64,000 nucleotides of DNA from Octopus sinensis (lineage: Eukaryota): positions 48,794,001-48,858,000 of the forward strand of contig NC_043014.1 of the NCBI RefSeq assembly GCF_006345805.1. The letters run 5' to 3'. The notes beneath the pieces are model-generated. The model had not been told where the DNA came from, did no database searches, and was given only the letters and a program-made list of their open reading frames with translations. The position numbers were made by a program, and so were the translations under genes. The first letter of the stretch is position 1, and each line of letters begins with the position of its first letter. Of this stretch, positions 42,966 through 55,432 are shown piece after piece.

Positions 42966-43940
42966 TTTCAAATTGCACGCTATCATAAACAAAAGAAAGT
43001 AAAAAAATAACCTTCGATGTTGTGATCTGATGTTATCTCTATAAAGCAGAGATGGTCATGACTGGAAAGGCCCTGAGGTTAAATAACAAACACGACTGAT
43101 ATTTCACACTGTTTCCCTCATTTTCTTTTTCCTAAGAAAATAATTTTTATTAGCCGGAATTGGAAGTGTTTTAAAACAATTCTGCATCTATTTTCTATAT
43201 AAAGTGAGAGATTGACAAAGTTATATAGGCATAAATCGAAAATGACTGCATTTTCTGAAGTTTAATTTCCGTAAAGAAATATATTTTCCTGTTTGAAAAC
43301 ATAAAAAAAAAATTATTTTATTGTTTTCTCAGAAGTTGCATCATGTCCTATTTGAAACCAGTAAGACGACACAAGTACCACAATAAAACCGAAACTATTA
43401 TCCACATTAAAAGAAACTACTTATTTATTAAGTGATTTTTTTTTTCTTTTATTGAAAAAAAAAAATGCTTAAATTTTAACTTAATGAAACTAAAATTTTT
43501 TATGCAATTATCAGACACATTTGTGTGTTTGACATACCTTGGTTATTTTATAATGGGAGATCGTTGTTGTTTTCGTATGTAACAAGGAATGTAAGCTTTA
43601 TTTCTCGCTCCATATCACACCGTACTTAAACCAACGTAATTCCGGTACAACTTAAGAACAGTGGTCCCGGTGCGCGCACTCGCGCGTCCGCGCTATAGCT
43701 AGTCGTGACTAGTCGATCCTACAACGACTACCTAGCAAAGTAAATAAAACACAAAATAAATAATTTTTGGCGATCCTTCGGTATAGGTACCGTAATACCG
43801 TATGTGGCTTTGTTTACATTTCTGAAGATAACAAACCGTTTTCTCCCCCCCCCCATATATATAAAAAAAAAAAGCAACACTTGAAATGTATCCGGTACCT
43901 ATACCGAAGTTACACCCCAACGAGTTGTTAGACCCTAAAA

Positions 43941-44236
43941 CAAGTAGTTCTCAACGGGAGCCGATATAAGATTTTGGGTGGGGATTCACAATAGTGTTTT
44001 AGGGGCCACTGAAAAAAACTTTTGCTTTAGATTTATGTATTGCAAGATACAGCTAGTTTTCTTTTTCTAACATTTTACATAATCCAACCTACACAAGTGA
44101 ATGTGTGAAAGACAAAATAGGAATTTTGAAAAGTTTCTATAAAATTAGTTTTTAAACATCGAATGGCTATAGGAGTCCACTAGAATAACACAGCAATCAA
44201 AGGGGTCCATAGATAAAAAATGGTTGAGAAACCCTA
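43941..44236. mobile_element. hAT-type MITE (related remnant at about 37425-37610)
   Basis: Ends caagtagttctcaac ... ggttgagaaaccct; 8-bp TSD c(c/t)ctaaaa. Confidence 0.7.
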
Positions 44237-44244
44237 CTCTAAAA

Positions 44245-44615
44245 GAATAACTCTGAGCACCTTTTCAAACTCCACCCGTCTAACACCCGTGGACATATTT
44301 ACAAAGTCAGAAAGCAGCACAGCTCCCATGACTTTTGGAAACATTTTTTCACGCTGAGAGTTGCTGAAGCATGGAACAAACTGCCGGCATCAGTTGTTAG
44401 TTGTCGGAGCACTGCATCCTTCAAAACTTCCATCCTTCCTCAGATTCTCCAACACTACACCTGATTTTCCCCCTTCCATACACACGCAAGCATGTATCTG
44501 ACTCATACACTGTTCGCTTCCCAGACATTTGTACATTACTGCATATACTCTATACGCACTTTCTGACAAGTTGTGGTGCACCTGAGCACTGTATACAATA
44601 ATTTCATTATTATTA
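44245..44615 (+). mobile_element. CR1-group LINE 3' end (related to 880-1085)
   Basis: NTRGHIYKVRK...HFFTLRVAEAWNKLPASVV; same 3' terminus gcacctgagcactgtatacaa...ttattatta. A tiny terminal fragment also lies at about 5737-5770. Confidence 0.88.
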
Positions 44616-44876
44616 AATGGTTTTCTTGTCAGTTCTACCGTATCCCTGCTTAAGAATATTTTCTGCTGGCAGTATAACCTGGTCTGTCTGCTGTTTCCCT
44701 GTGTAACAGCAATGAATGAAAGCAGTGGTAGAGAGGCAGGGAGGCACCATAGAAGTAGGAGGATGCGAAAGTATGCCAGGATTTCTTTATCTGGCACCAC
44801 GGCCACAATGAGAGGGGGAACACCATAAGGACAGACACAACACCACAATGGGGATATAAAACGAATGAGAATGAAA

Positions 44877-45263
44877 TCTTTATATATAAAAGTCAAGTTG
44901 TGTGTCTGTCTCCTACGATTTAGATTCCTAACTACTCCCACATTTTGCGGTGCAGTTTAACCAAAACCGGGTATCTTATAGTCGTGATTCATATCGAGCC
45001 CTTCTGGGTATTAGCGCGCGTCTACGATTTTAAAAATAATTTACCATCATTTTTTTCCATTTTAATGCATTTTTTCGCTATTATATAAGGGAAGTAACTC
45101 TCTAAAAATGTATACGATGAGTCAACGATTTAAAAAAAATTTACCATAATTTGTTTTCCATTTTTAATGCATTTTTTTTGCTATTTTTTGGCTATAACTC
45201 TCTAAAAATGCTTATATAGTTATTTCCCTTACAGACCCGAGCAACGCCGGGCGATACTGCTAG
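44877..45263 (+). mobile_element. Helitron-like element, shorter variant of the same family
   Basis: TC...cccgagcaacgccgggcgatactgCTAG at an A|T target. Confidence 0.82.
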
Positions 45264-48200
45264 TAAAACATAAAACGAATGAGAATGAAATGTTATATAA
45301 AAATGAAAAGGCCCCATTCCCATGCAGTACCATTTGAACGTTTATCCTTAAATCCTTAAAAATGTTTCAGCCTGAAGGCTGCGGCCATGCTGGGGCACAC
45401 TATTTACAATCGTTCTATTTTCTATTGTTTTTTTTTTTTAATCATCTTTTTTTTCTTTCAACAAAACAATTTTACTTACTCTTTTTTTTCCCCTCCATTT
45501 TAATACTTCATGCAAGGCTCCACATCTCTGAGTTCAGCTACGGGTGGCAGTTCATCGAAATCCATCAACACTCCGGGTGGGTCGATCTTGTTTCCGCATA
45601 TGTCTACTAGTCTATTTGTATGTGTCTTTGTTGACCACAATGGCCTTTATATTTTCTTTCTGAATACATATCCATGGGTAAGCTCCGCCGAGGTTGACTT
45701 TGCCTTTCATCCTTTCGGGGTCGATAAATTAAGTACCAGTTGCGCACTGGGGTCAATATAATCGACTTAGTCCGTTTGTCTGTCCTTGTTTGTCCCCTCT
45801 ATGTTTAGCCCCTTGTGGGCAGTAAAGAAATACATATCCATGGGTAACTTCACTCTTATGATATGCTTAAATTTTATAATTTTTCTTTCCACCTCTTTGT
45901 GTTTTTTGCATATGTTACGAAGTTCCATTTATTTTCCCCTCTTCTTGATTTTCTCTTTACTACTTCTATTTCTGGTCCACTTTTCTATGTCCACTCTGAA
46001 CAATTTCTCCATTTAACCTTCATACAGTTTCACTCTTGAATCTTTCCCCTTCACTGAATTAACCGGCGTCTTCAGCACTGTTTCCTCCTTCTGTAACTCT
46101 TAGAGAAAGTATGCCAGACAGGTAGGTTGTGGAGAGAACGTGGTGTGTGAGAAAGAGAGGCTATAAGATACAGCAGAGGTAATGTGAGAGAGAAAGAGAA
46201 GCAAGAAGATTCCACAGAAGTTGGGAGTGGAGAGTGATGTGATGCAAGGAGGCTGTGGAGAGAGGACAGTGAGAAGAGAGGTAGGGGCGAGTGTAAGAGC
46301 AGTAGCAGAAAGGAAAACTGGAAGGTACCATTGAGATGGGGGTGGAACAGAGTGAGTTGTGAGATAAAGAAATGTTGGAAGGTATGATAGAGGTGGGGGT
46401 GGGAGAGCAGAGGATGAAAGCAGTGAGTGGTAAGAGGGTGGAGAGAAGTAAAGGAGGAATAGAAGATGAATGAATTCAGTGAAAGTATCTCAGCCAACTG
46501 TACTCCCCCACATCGTTTTTTTTTTCATGCAATACTGACTCAAGAGAGTAGACTTTTTTCCTAGAGTATGTTGAATTTTTCCTTTAGAAGGAACTTTTGT
46601 TCCTTCTTGAGCCACGCCTGGCTCATAAGGGCCGGTTTCTTGGTTTCCTTGGCGTATAGGTTCCCCACCTGGACGGGACACCGGTGAGCTACAAGATACA
46701 GGAGGAAAGAGTGAAAGAAAGTTGTGGCGAAAGAGTCAGCAGAAGCTTACCATTACCTTTCTGCCGGAGCCGTATGGAGCTTAGGTGTTTCGCTCATAAA
46801 CACACATGGTCTGAGATTTGAACCCGCGATCCCTCGACCGCGAGTCCACTGCTCTAACCACTAGGCCATGTGCCTCCACCAAGAGTATGTTGCCAATTGA
46901 CATAGTTGTCATCTCTTTTGTCAGCCTCAGCATCTTCATCACTCCATCCCATATCTTTCCAAATCTTTTTCTTCTCCCACAGGTACCATTCAATTTGAAC
47001 ACTGTCTTTTTATGCAGCCCCCTTCATCCATATGCATCACAAACTTATACGATTCCTCTTCTACATAGCTTTGCTCTCAAGTCATTTGTACTTGTTCATG
47101 CAAAGAGACTTTACACATCCACTAAACTATGCTTGCCTCATTTTTTTCAAGCCTTTGCAAATCTTTTACATTCAGAATCCAGATCCTACTAGCGTACAAA
47201 AACACCATATATTCCGCCTTTCATTTTGAGGCAGAGACCATTTATTCTTCACAGGAGTAGTAGTTCCTTGAACTTTTTCCACCTTGGCTACTATACCTTC
47301 AGAACAACAAGGCGGCGAGCTGGCAGAAACGTTAGCATGCTGGGCGAAATGCTTGGTGGTATTTCGTCTGTCGTTACATTCTGAGTTCAAATTCCGCCGA
47401 GGTCGACTTCACCTTTCATCCTTTCGGGGTCGATAAATTAAGTACCGGTTACGCACTGGAGTTGATGTAATCGACTTAATCCGTTTAGCCCCTTGTGGGT
47501 AGTAAAGAAATAGGTACTTCGTCTGTCTTTACTTTCTGAGTTCAAATTCCAGTTCACTCATCTGTAGAAATGAGTTGCAACGTCACTGGTGCCAAGAAGT
47601 ACTGACCTTTGCTTTTCCCTTGGATAACTTTGGTGGTGTGGAGAGGGGAGGCTGGTATGCACGGGTGACTGCTGGTCTTCCAGCCTTGCCCGGACTTGTG
47701 CCTCAGAGGAGAACTTTCTAAGTGCAATCCCATGGTCCTTTATGACCAGAAGGGGGTCCTTACCCATTATATATATATATTGGCGGTGTGGTAAGTAGCT
47801 TGCTTACCAACCACATGGTTCCGGGTTCAGTCCCACTGCATGGCACCTTGGGCAACTGTCTTCTACAATAGCCTCGGGCCGACCAAAGCCTTGTGAGTGG
47901 ATTTGTAGATGGAAACTGAAAGAAGCCCATCGTATATATGAATATATATATATATGTGTGTGTCTGTGTTTGTCCCACTAGCGTCACTTGATAACCGATG
48001 CTGGTGTGTTAAAGTCCCCGTAACTTAGCGGTTCGGCAAAAAAGAGACCGATAAAATAAGTACTGGGCTTACAAAGAATAAGTCCCGGGGTCGATTTGAT
48101 CGACTAAAGGCGGTGCTCCAGCATGGCCACAATCACATGACTGAAACAAGTAAAAGAGCAAAGAGCACATACATACACACACACACACATATATATATAT

Positions 48201-50158
48201 AGAGAGAGACAGACAGACAGATAGACAGAGATAATGTTATGAATAAACACCCCAAATCTTGTAAATACAGCCACCCAGGATTTTCTGGTAGTAAAAATAA
48301 TTCATTTCCCCATTTATCGAGCTGAAAACAAGACTGTTTATCAGCTGACTTTTGACCTAGAAACCATGGGTAGAAGTTTGTGGTTTTTCCTTCTTAATCT
48401 TCACACTCTTAGCTGATCAAGTGCTTTTCTACTTGTTCAAGCATTACCACATAAGAGATAAACAGAGAGATGAGTGAGTAAACAAAGGAAAGAAAAATGC
48501 ACTCAACACATTTAGTAGGAGTTACATATGTTATTTAAAACCATTTGGTTCAGTTCCATGTGACTTGCTGGCTCCTAATAGAAACCTGATTCATCCAGGC
48601 TCAGATTACTGTCAGAAGCCTGAGAAACTAAGTCACATGGAGCTGAGTTAAAATGTTTTAACTCTTTACATTGATTGACTAAATGTAATGCTCATTAATT
48701 CACACTGTTTTGCATTTTCTCATAGCTCTGAGATTTTGATGATGTGATAGTTTCTTTTTAGGATTATATTGTAGGGTAGGTGTGAGAGGTCAGATCCAGG
48801 CAGTTTGAACATAAAAACATGTAAAATATTTGAGATTGATATGGCTGGTTTAAATACTATATATATATATATTCGTGGCCGTTGCCACGTAAAAAGCACC
48901 ATCCGTTCGTGGTCGTTGCCAGCACCGCCCTGACTGGCCTCCGTGCTGGTGGCACGTAAAAGCACCATCCGTTCGTGGTCGTTGCCAGCGCCGCCCCGAA
49001 TGGCCTCCATGCTGGTGGCACGTAAAAGCACCATCTGTTGCCAGCTTCGCCTGGCCCCCGTGCCGGTGGCACATAAAGACACCGTCCGTTTGTGGACGTT
49101 TGCCAGCTCCGTCTGGCACCTGTGCGGGTGGCAAGTAAAAGGGACCCACTACACTCGCGGAGTGGTTGGCGTTAGGAAGGGCATCAAGCTGTAGAAACAC
49201 TGCCAGATCAGACTGGGCCTGATGCAGCCTTCTGGCTCCACAGACCCCAGTTGAACCGTCCAACCCATGCTAGCATGGAAAATGGACGCTAAATGATGAT
49301 GATGATGATGATGATGATATTGTTTAATGTCCGCTTTCCATGTTAGCATGGGTTGGACAATTTGACTGAGGGCTGGCGAACCAGATGGCTGCACCAGACT
49401 CCAATCTTGATTTGGCAGAGTTTCTACAGCTGGATGCCCTTCCTAACGCCAACCACTCCGAGAGTGTAGTGGGTGCTTTTACGTACCACCAGCACGGGGG
49501 CCAGTCAGGTGATACTGGCAACAACCTCACTCGAATCTTTTTACATATGCCACTGGCACAAGTGCCAGTAAGGCGACGCTGGTAATGATCACACTTAAAT
49601 GGTGCATTTTACGTGCCACCGGCACAGAAACCAGTGAGCCGCTCTGGCAACGATCACGCTATGATATATATAAATTAGAGAAAAACAACTATTATGCAAT
49701 TCAAACAATGATAGACATAGACCAAATCATAAATAAAAAATAAAATATATTGTTATAAAACATCACAAAAAGTACAAAAATGAATAAACGATAACTCCCT
49801 ATTATTATTATTATATACACATGCACACATTGAGGAATCATTATACCAGCAGTTCTCTAAAAGAACAAACTGAATAACAAAGAGTTTTAAGGAAGAAAAT
49901 TAAACTTGCACAACAAGTTGAAATTTGATCACTTAACCAGTTAGATTATGCACGCATGTAAGTTACTGAGAGCCCATTCATTTACTGATCTGAAATAAGT
50001 GGCTGTGAAAGACATGTACAAGTGGTTCATTAATTCATTGCACGTAGCCTGTGGATTTTCATATTCTATATAGAAAATAATATTTCTCATATTTTTTGTT
50101 AAAAACATAACCATAAATAGATAGAAGCAAGACAAAGGGAAAATGATCACACACATAC

Positions 50159-50194
<36 letters not shown>

Positions 50195-50195
<1 letters not shown>

Positions 50196-50960
50196 ATCAT
50201 CATCATCATTGTTTAACGTCCATTTTCCACGCTAGCAGGGGTTGGAAGGTTCGACTGAGGCCTGGGAAGCCAGGAGGCTGCACCAAGCTGCTCCAGTCTG
50301 ATCTGGCAGTGTTTCTACAGCTGGATGCCCTTCCTAACGCCAACCACTCCGTGAGTGTAGTGGGTGCTTTTTATGTGCCACTGGTACAGGGGCCAGAGGA
50401 GGCTGGCAACGGCCATGATCAGTTGGTGCTTTTTATGTGCCAGCGGCACGGAAGCCACTCGAGGAGGCACTGGCCACGTTTGGATAGTGCTTCTTATGTG
50501 CCGCCAGCATGGGTATCACAACTACAATTTCCATCTGATTTTCATTTTGATGTTGATGTACTTGACTCAATAAGTCTCCTCAAGCACAGCAGGTCGGCCT
50601 ACGATCCAAGGTACTTTTGAATGGGCTGGGGCTGATTATGCGAAACTGGTGTAGGATACAGTCATGAACTCACTATATAAGTTGGGTCTTCGTAGTCACA
50701 GCATATCTCCAAAGGTCTTGGTCTTTTTTCAATGCCTCTGTAAGGCCCAACGTCATGCTTCACCACCTCATCCCATGTCTACTTCTACCCCAGATTCTTT
50801 CAACTGTTTGGAAGTGGCACTTCACACAGCTCTCCTCATCTATCCGTAGTACATGACCATACCAGCACAAACATCTCTCTTGGATGCCACGTCTGATGCT
50901 TATGTCCAACATTTCTCTCAGGGTGCTTACACTCTGTCGTATGTGCAGCATGGCAGTTCA
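50195..50960 (-). mobile_element. RTE LINE 3' region: ORF remnant continuous with the family-C tail
   Basis: ...QERCLCWYGHVLRIDEESCVK... (50760-50951) runs into a 3' UTR, the tggcac(a/g)taaaaagcac subrepeats and a (GAT)n tail. Confidence 0.75.
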
Positions 50961-51006
50961 CACACATGCATTGTACAATCTACCTGTGTATATATATATG
51001 TGTGTG

Positions 51007-51670
51007 TGTGAAAAAATTATATGGTTAATGGACAATATGTCCAATTTTTCGGCATATTTGGCATTAGAAATTTTCTCTTTTGCCCTCATCTATGAATTGT
51101 TTATAAATTTAACCGTTAAAGGCATTTTTTAATATGCTGATAAAATTTTTTTCAAAAGAAAATATTTTTTTCGAAAAAAATTTTATCCTACATTAGATAT
51201 GAATTTAAGCGTTCACTTCCGGACTAACTCACTCTGTGAGGGCCTCAGTTCAAATCGCACGTGTCTCGAATGGGCTGGAGTATTTCTATTTTGGATGTAT
51301 TTGGGGTACTTTGTTGTGCTCATGACTTAGTGTTTGCTTCTTCCATGGGTATGAGTAAGTATCTCATTTATTTCTTTTGCCACATGTATCACTGAAGAAG
51401 AGAGGGCTTTTAGTAGCTAACTCTGAAATCGGTCCGATATGGTAATAATGGAATTTTTAAGAAATTTCTGTTGACCTTTTTTCGAGTAGCATGCGTATTG
51501 TGAAAAAAATTATATGGTTAATGGACAATATGTCCAATATTTGGCATTAGAAATTTTTTCTTTTGCCCTCATCTATGAATTGTTTATAAATTTAACCGTT
51601 AAAGGTATTTTTTAATATGCTGGCCATTGATAAAATTTTTTTCGAAAAAAATTTATCCTACATTAGATAT
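51007..51670 (+). mobile_element. Penelope-like element remnant with partial tandem (pseudo-LTR) structure
   Basis: 51007-51200 is directly repeated at 51499-51670; sits between (TG)n and (TA)n tracts; internal hammerhead core. Confidence 0.7.
51386..51440 (+). ncRNA. Minimal type-I hammerhead ribozyme (Penelope type), slightly decayed
   Basis: gtatc-a CTGAAGA agag[loop]ctct GAAA tcgg TC c-gatat: CUGANGA and GAAA cores, 4-bp stem II, stem I, near-palindromic stem III (ATCGGT vs ACCGGT). Confidence 0.7.
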
Positions 51671-52303
51671 ATATATATATATATATATATAATTTAAATA
51701 ATGAGGGTGATAAATTGAATATCAATTTAATTAACACGAATTTAAAACCAGTGGCCTAGCATATAAAAAAATCTGAAAATTCAGAAAAATTGTATTATAA
51801 GGTGCACCTTATCCACCAAATTTTATCTGATATTAAAAACAATGCAATTCAATCAGCTGTAAATAAATAAATAAATTAATTTATAATTAAATAAAAACCA
51901 ACAAGGAAGTCAATTTTGAAAATAAAATTTTTTAAAGTTTTTTTTAAATATTCTCATCACCACCAACTGATTAGTAATTAAAAAGTTCCTGTCATTAACA
52001 AAAACTTAATTACCAAATGTTGTCTCTGGCAACATTATGCAGTCAGGACGTGACAGAAACTCGGTAAACATTCATATTTTGGCCTGTTTTCTCTCTAAAC
52101 AGTTTTTGTATAATTCCTTCATCATGGTCATTCTGAGAAAGACTCAAGGCAAAGACTACCAGTGGCCTCAAAGACTCAATGCAAAAGACTACCAGTAGCT
52201 TCTTTTGTCTCTGTTAAATTCTTCTGTTTTGGTAATGGAGGCAGAGAAGTATCAGCAGTAGAGTCTATCAGTGTGGACAGCCAGGATCTCATGTAAATTG
52301 TGC

Positions 52304-52308
52304 TTATT
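52304..52308 (-). CDS. POLR1G: POLR1G-like terminal exon, coding part (Glu-stop); 3' UTR continues toward about 51.9 kb
   Basis: Good acceptor gcttcatgtctctgtcttacag|AATAA; a phase-1 G from the previous exon gives GAA TAA, ending ...VILIDE*. No canonical poly(A) signal was located. Confidence 0.55.
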
Positions 52309-52383
52309 CTGTAAGACAGAGACATGAAGCATTGAATCAATAAATACAACATTTATATATTTGTGTGTGTGTGTGTGTGTGTA

Positions 52384-52890
52384 TCTATATATATAAAACT
52401 GTAGTTGTGTGAGTGTCTGTCCCCTTCGATTTAGATTCCTAACTCCTCCCACATTTTGCGGTGCAGTTTAACCAAATTCGGGTATCTTATAGTCGTGATT
52501 AATTTCGAGCCCGTCTGGCTATTAGCGCGCGTCTACGATTTTAAAAATAATTTAACATCATTTTTTATTCCATTTTAATGCATAATTTTTCGTGTGTCGA
52601 TGGCGGCGGAGTTGGCGTTCACGCTCAAACACCTGCACCTGTGTTTGCTTCTCCCCTTCTTCCCTCCTTCGTGAAACTGTGGGGAAGGGAGTGTAAAGAA
52701 ATCAATGTCGTAATGCGTTGTCAAGGAGACCAGCGTTCTTTTAGAACGACTTCATGGCTTGAAGACACGAAAACAGAAATGGCTAAGAAAGCCCGAATTG
52801 GCATCTATAAGGGAAGTAACTCTCTAAAAATGCTTATATATTTTTTTTTTTTTTACTTACAAACCCAAGCAACGCCGGGCGATATAGCTA

Positions 52891-52891
<1 letters not shown>
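52384..52891 (+). mobile_element. Non-autonomous Helitron-like element
   Basis: 5' TC, 3' CTAG preceded by a GC hairpin (cccaagcaacgccggg); inserted between A and T with no TSD. Confidence 0.85.
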
Positions 52892-52954
<63 letters not shown>

Positions 52955-53227
52955 CAAAAAATTCAGGGTGAATACTTGATAACTGTAAGCACCTGTATAT
53001 TCCAGCTAGTGGTATAGGTGATAGGATATATGTATCAAAAGAAAAACAGGACGTTTTGTTTTGGAGTCTCGCAATGCCATATAGGCCTATGAGGATTTAC
53101 TTTCCCAATGAAACTCGGTTTTCTCCCAAACTTTTTCTCAAACCTGCTATAATGTGATACATGTCTTTGGTGTGGTAACTGTACGCGGCTGAAGAAGGCC
53201 TTTGACCTACCTGTTATATCAATTATG

Positions 53228-54048
53228 CAAAGTCCCAAATTTATTATTGGTAAGAGGTTACAATGTTTTTGCCCTCCGTTAAGGCGTTAGTGGCATAAGC
53301 GAAGGGAAATGGCTTTAACAGGGGATCAGAACTGTTACAGACTCGCTTTATAAGGAGCTCTCCTTGATGACTCAATTTATAGGAACACTCCAATGACTTC
53401 CTCACATTGCAGTGAACTCTCCCTTATGACTCATTTTACAGGGAACTCTCTTGACTACTATACATTATAGGAAGCTCTCTACAATGACTTAGTTTGTTGA
53501 TGTAAGACCAGTGCTATTAATTTCATGGGGAGAGGGAGAAATGGGAACTATATCAAACCCTAGTAGTTGACTGGTATTCATTTTATTGATGTTAGAAATG
53601 AGAGCAATGGGATGACTCAGTTCATTGGGAACACTCCCTAACAACTCAGTTTACAGGGAACTTTTTCCTGTCTCACTTTATAGGGAGTCCTACCCAATGA
53701 CTCACTCAGTTTACTGTGAACTTTACCCAGTGCCAACAATCAAAGCTTTCATACCACCAGATATACACTCACCGTCTATCAATATTACACAATCTGTTGT
53801 CTCGTCCAATACATCTGATGCTACAGATTCTCTCTTTGATTTTTTATGCTTCTTCTTCTTTTTGGTACTACCTTCTTCAAAACCATTTATTTCAGCCTCA
53901 CATTTTTCCGTATCTTGAAATAAAAGACATAAATACCATCAATGCTGTCTTAAACAATCTTATTAATATATATATAGAACACTGCCTTAATAAGGCTTGT
54001 TTTAAACCCATTCCATGACAGAATATGTGGACATAAAAACAATGATGG
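53228..54048. repeat. Local segmental duplication, copy 1 (about 820 bp, contains exon F)
   Basis: Aligns by eye from caaagtcccaaatttattattggtaag to gaatatgtggacataaaaacaatgatggt with 59378-60197. Confidence 0.95.
53773..53913 (-). CDS. POLR1G: POLR1G-like exon F (duplicate of exon C)
   Basis: Same splice sites as exon C; 141 nt, phase 1-1. Differs from exon C by two synonymous Lys codon changes and one in-frame codon (TTDCVILID vs TTDVILID). Confidence 0.7.
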
Positions 54049-54109
54049 TTGTTCAATAAAGCCCGAAACATATGTACCGCAAAATCCTTTGCATCCTGTT
54101 TTTCTTTTA

Positions 54110-54173
<64 letters not shown>

Positions 54174-54913
54174 GAAGAAATCCCTGATTACCTTATCCTG
54201 CCTGGAACTCTTCACTTCATAGCGAAAACATGACACGATGTAGATAAAGAAATTTGAAAATAAAATACGAAACCAGTTATTTCTCTAAAAACTTACTATA
54301 CACAAAATTTTATAACATTTTTCTAACATAGCAACTTAAATATATTCTTTAACCTTATAACACAAGAATTTCTCTAGTTTTTTCACTCTTTTTTATTTTA
54401 TATATATATAAAAGTGAATAGGCGCAGGAGTGGCTGTGTGGTAAGTAGCTTGCTAATCAACCACATGGTTCCGGGTTCAGTCCCACTGCGTGGCACCTTG
54501 GGCAAGTGCCTTCTGCTATAGCCTCGGGCCGACCAATGCCTTATGAGTGGATTTGGTAGACGGAAACTGAAAGAAGCCCGTTGTATATATGTATATATAT
54601 ATATGTGTGTGTATGTGTTTGTCCCCCTAGCATTGCTTGACAACCGATGCTGGTGTGTTTACGTCCCCGTCACTTAGCGGTTCGGCAAAAGAGACCGATA
54701 GAATAAGTACTGGCGGTGCTCCAGCATGGCCGCAGTCAAATGACTGAAACAAGTAAAAGAGTAAAAGAGTAAATATGTCTCTGTGTGTGTATATACGTAA
54801 GGGATGGGCCAAAAGTCACACACAAAATAAATTCAATATGCTTCAGAATTGTCAAAGACATGCTTCAATTTTTCTAAACTCGAATAAAATAAATAAAATA
54901 ATGATGACTAGAC

Positions 54914-55432
54914 AGGCGCAGGAGTGGCTGTGTGGTAAGTAGCTTGTTTACCAACCACACGGTTCCGGGTTCAGTCCTACTGCGTGGCACCATGGGCAAG
55001 TGTCTTCAACTATAGCCTCAGGCTGACCAATGCCTTGTGAGTGGATTTGGTAGACGGAAACTGAAAGAAGCCCGTCATATGTATGTGTACATATGCGTGT
55101 GTGTGTTTGTGTGTCTGTGTTTGTCATACATATGCGTGTGTGTGTTTGTGTGTCTGTGTTTGTCATACATATGCGTGTGTGTGTTTGTGTGTCTGTGTTT
55201 GTCATACATATGCGTGTGTGTGTTTGTGTGTCTGTGTTTGTCCCCCTAGCATTGCTTGACAACCGATGCTGGTGTGTTTATGTCCCCGTTACTTTGCGGT
55301 TCGGCAAAACAGACCGATAGAATAAGTACTGGGCTTACAAAGAATAAGTCCCGGGGTCGAGTTGCTCGATTAAAGGCGGTGCTCCAGCATGGCCACAGTC
55401 AAATGACTGAAACAAGTAAAAGAGTAAAAGAG
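54914..55432 (+). mobile_element. SINE family A (tRNA-derived head, central TA/TG microsatellite), representative copy
   Basis: ggcgcaggagtggctgtgtggtaag...gggttcagtcc...tail (gtaaaaga)n. Other copies at about 2380-2566(-), 7420-7800(+), 12570-12992(-), 14055-14447(+), 23848-24258(+), 28340-28731(-), 33255-33650(-), 35195-35610(+), 36568-36930(+), 47783-48165(+), 54421-54770(+). This copy has an internal 40-bp tandem triplication (55085-55220). Confidence 0.9.

Noticed and set aside
44855-45292. 22-bp 'TSD' (ataaaacgaatgagaatgaaat) around a Helitron-like element
   Set aside because: The right copy is offset by 6 nt from the CTAG end; better explained as a pre-existing tandem repeat split at an A|T site.
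53035-53238. 67-aa ORF or intronic snoRNA in the last POLR1G-like intron
   Set aside because: No convincing splice pair in phase, and no C/D or H/ACA boxes with supporting stems that I could verify; it looks like a repeat fragment beside (TA)n.
54190-54240. Extra exon ending at AAG|gtaatc between exons E and F
   Set aside because: No clear pyrimidine-tract acceptor at a phase-compatible distance.
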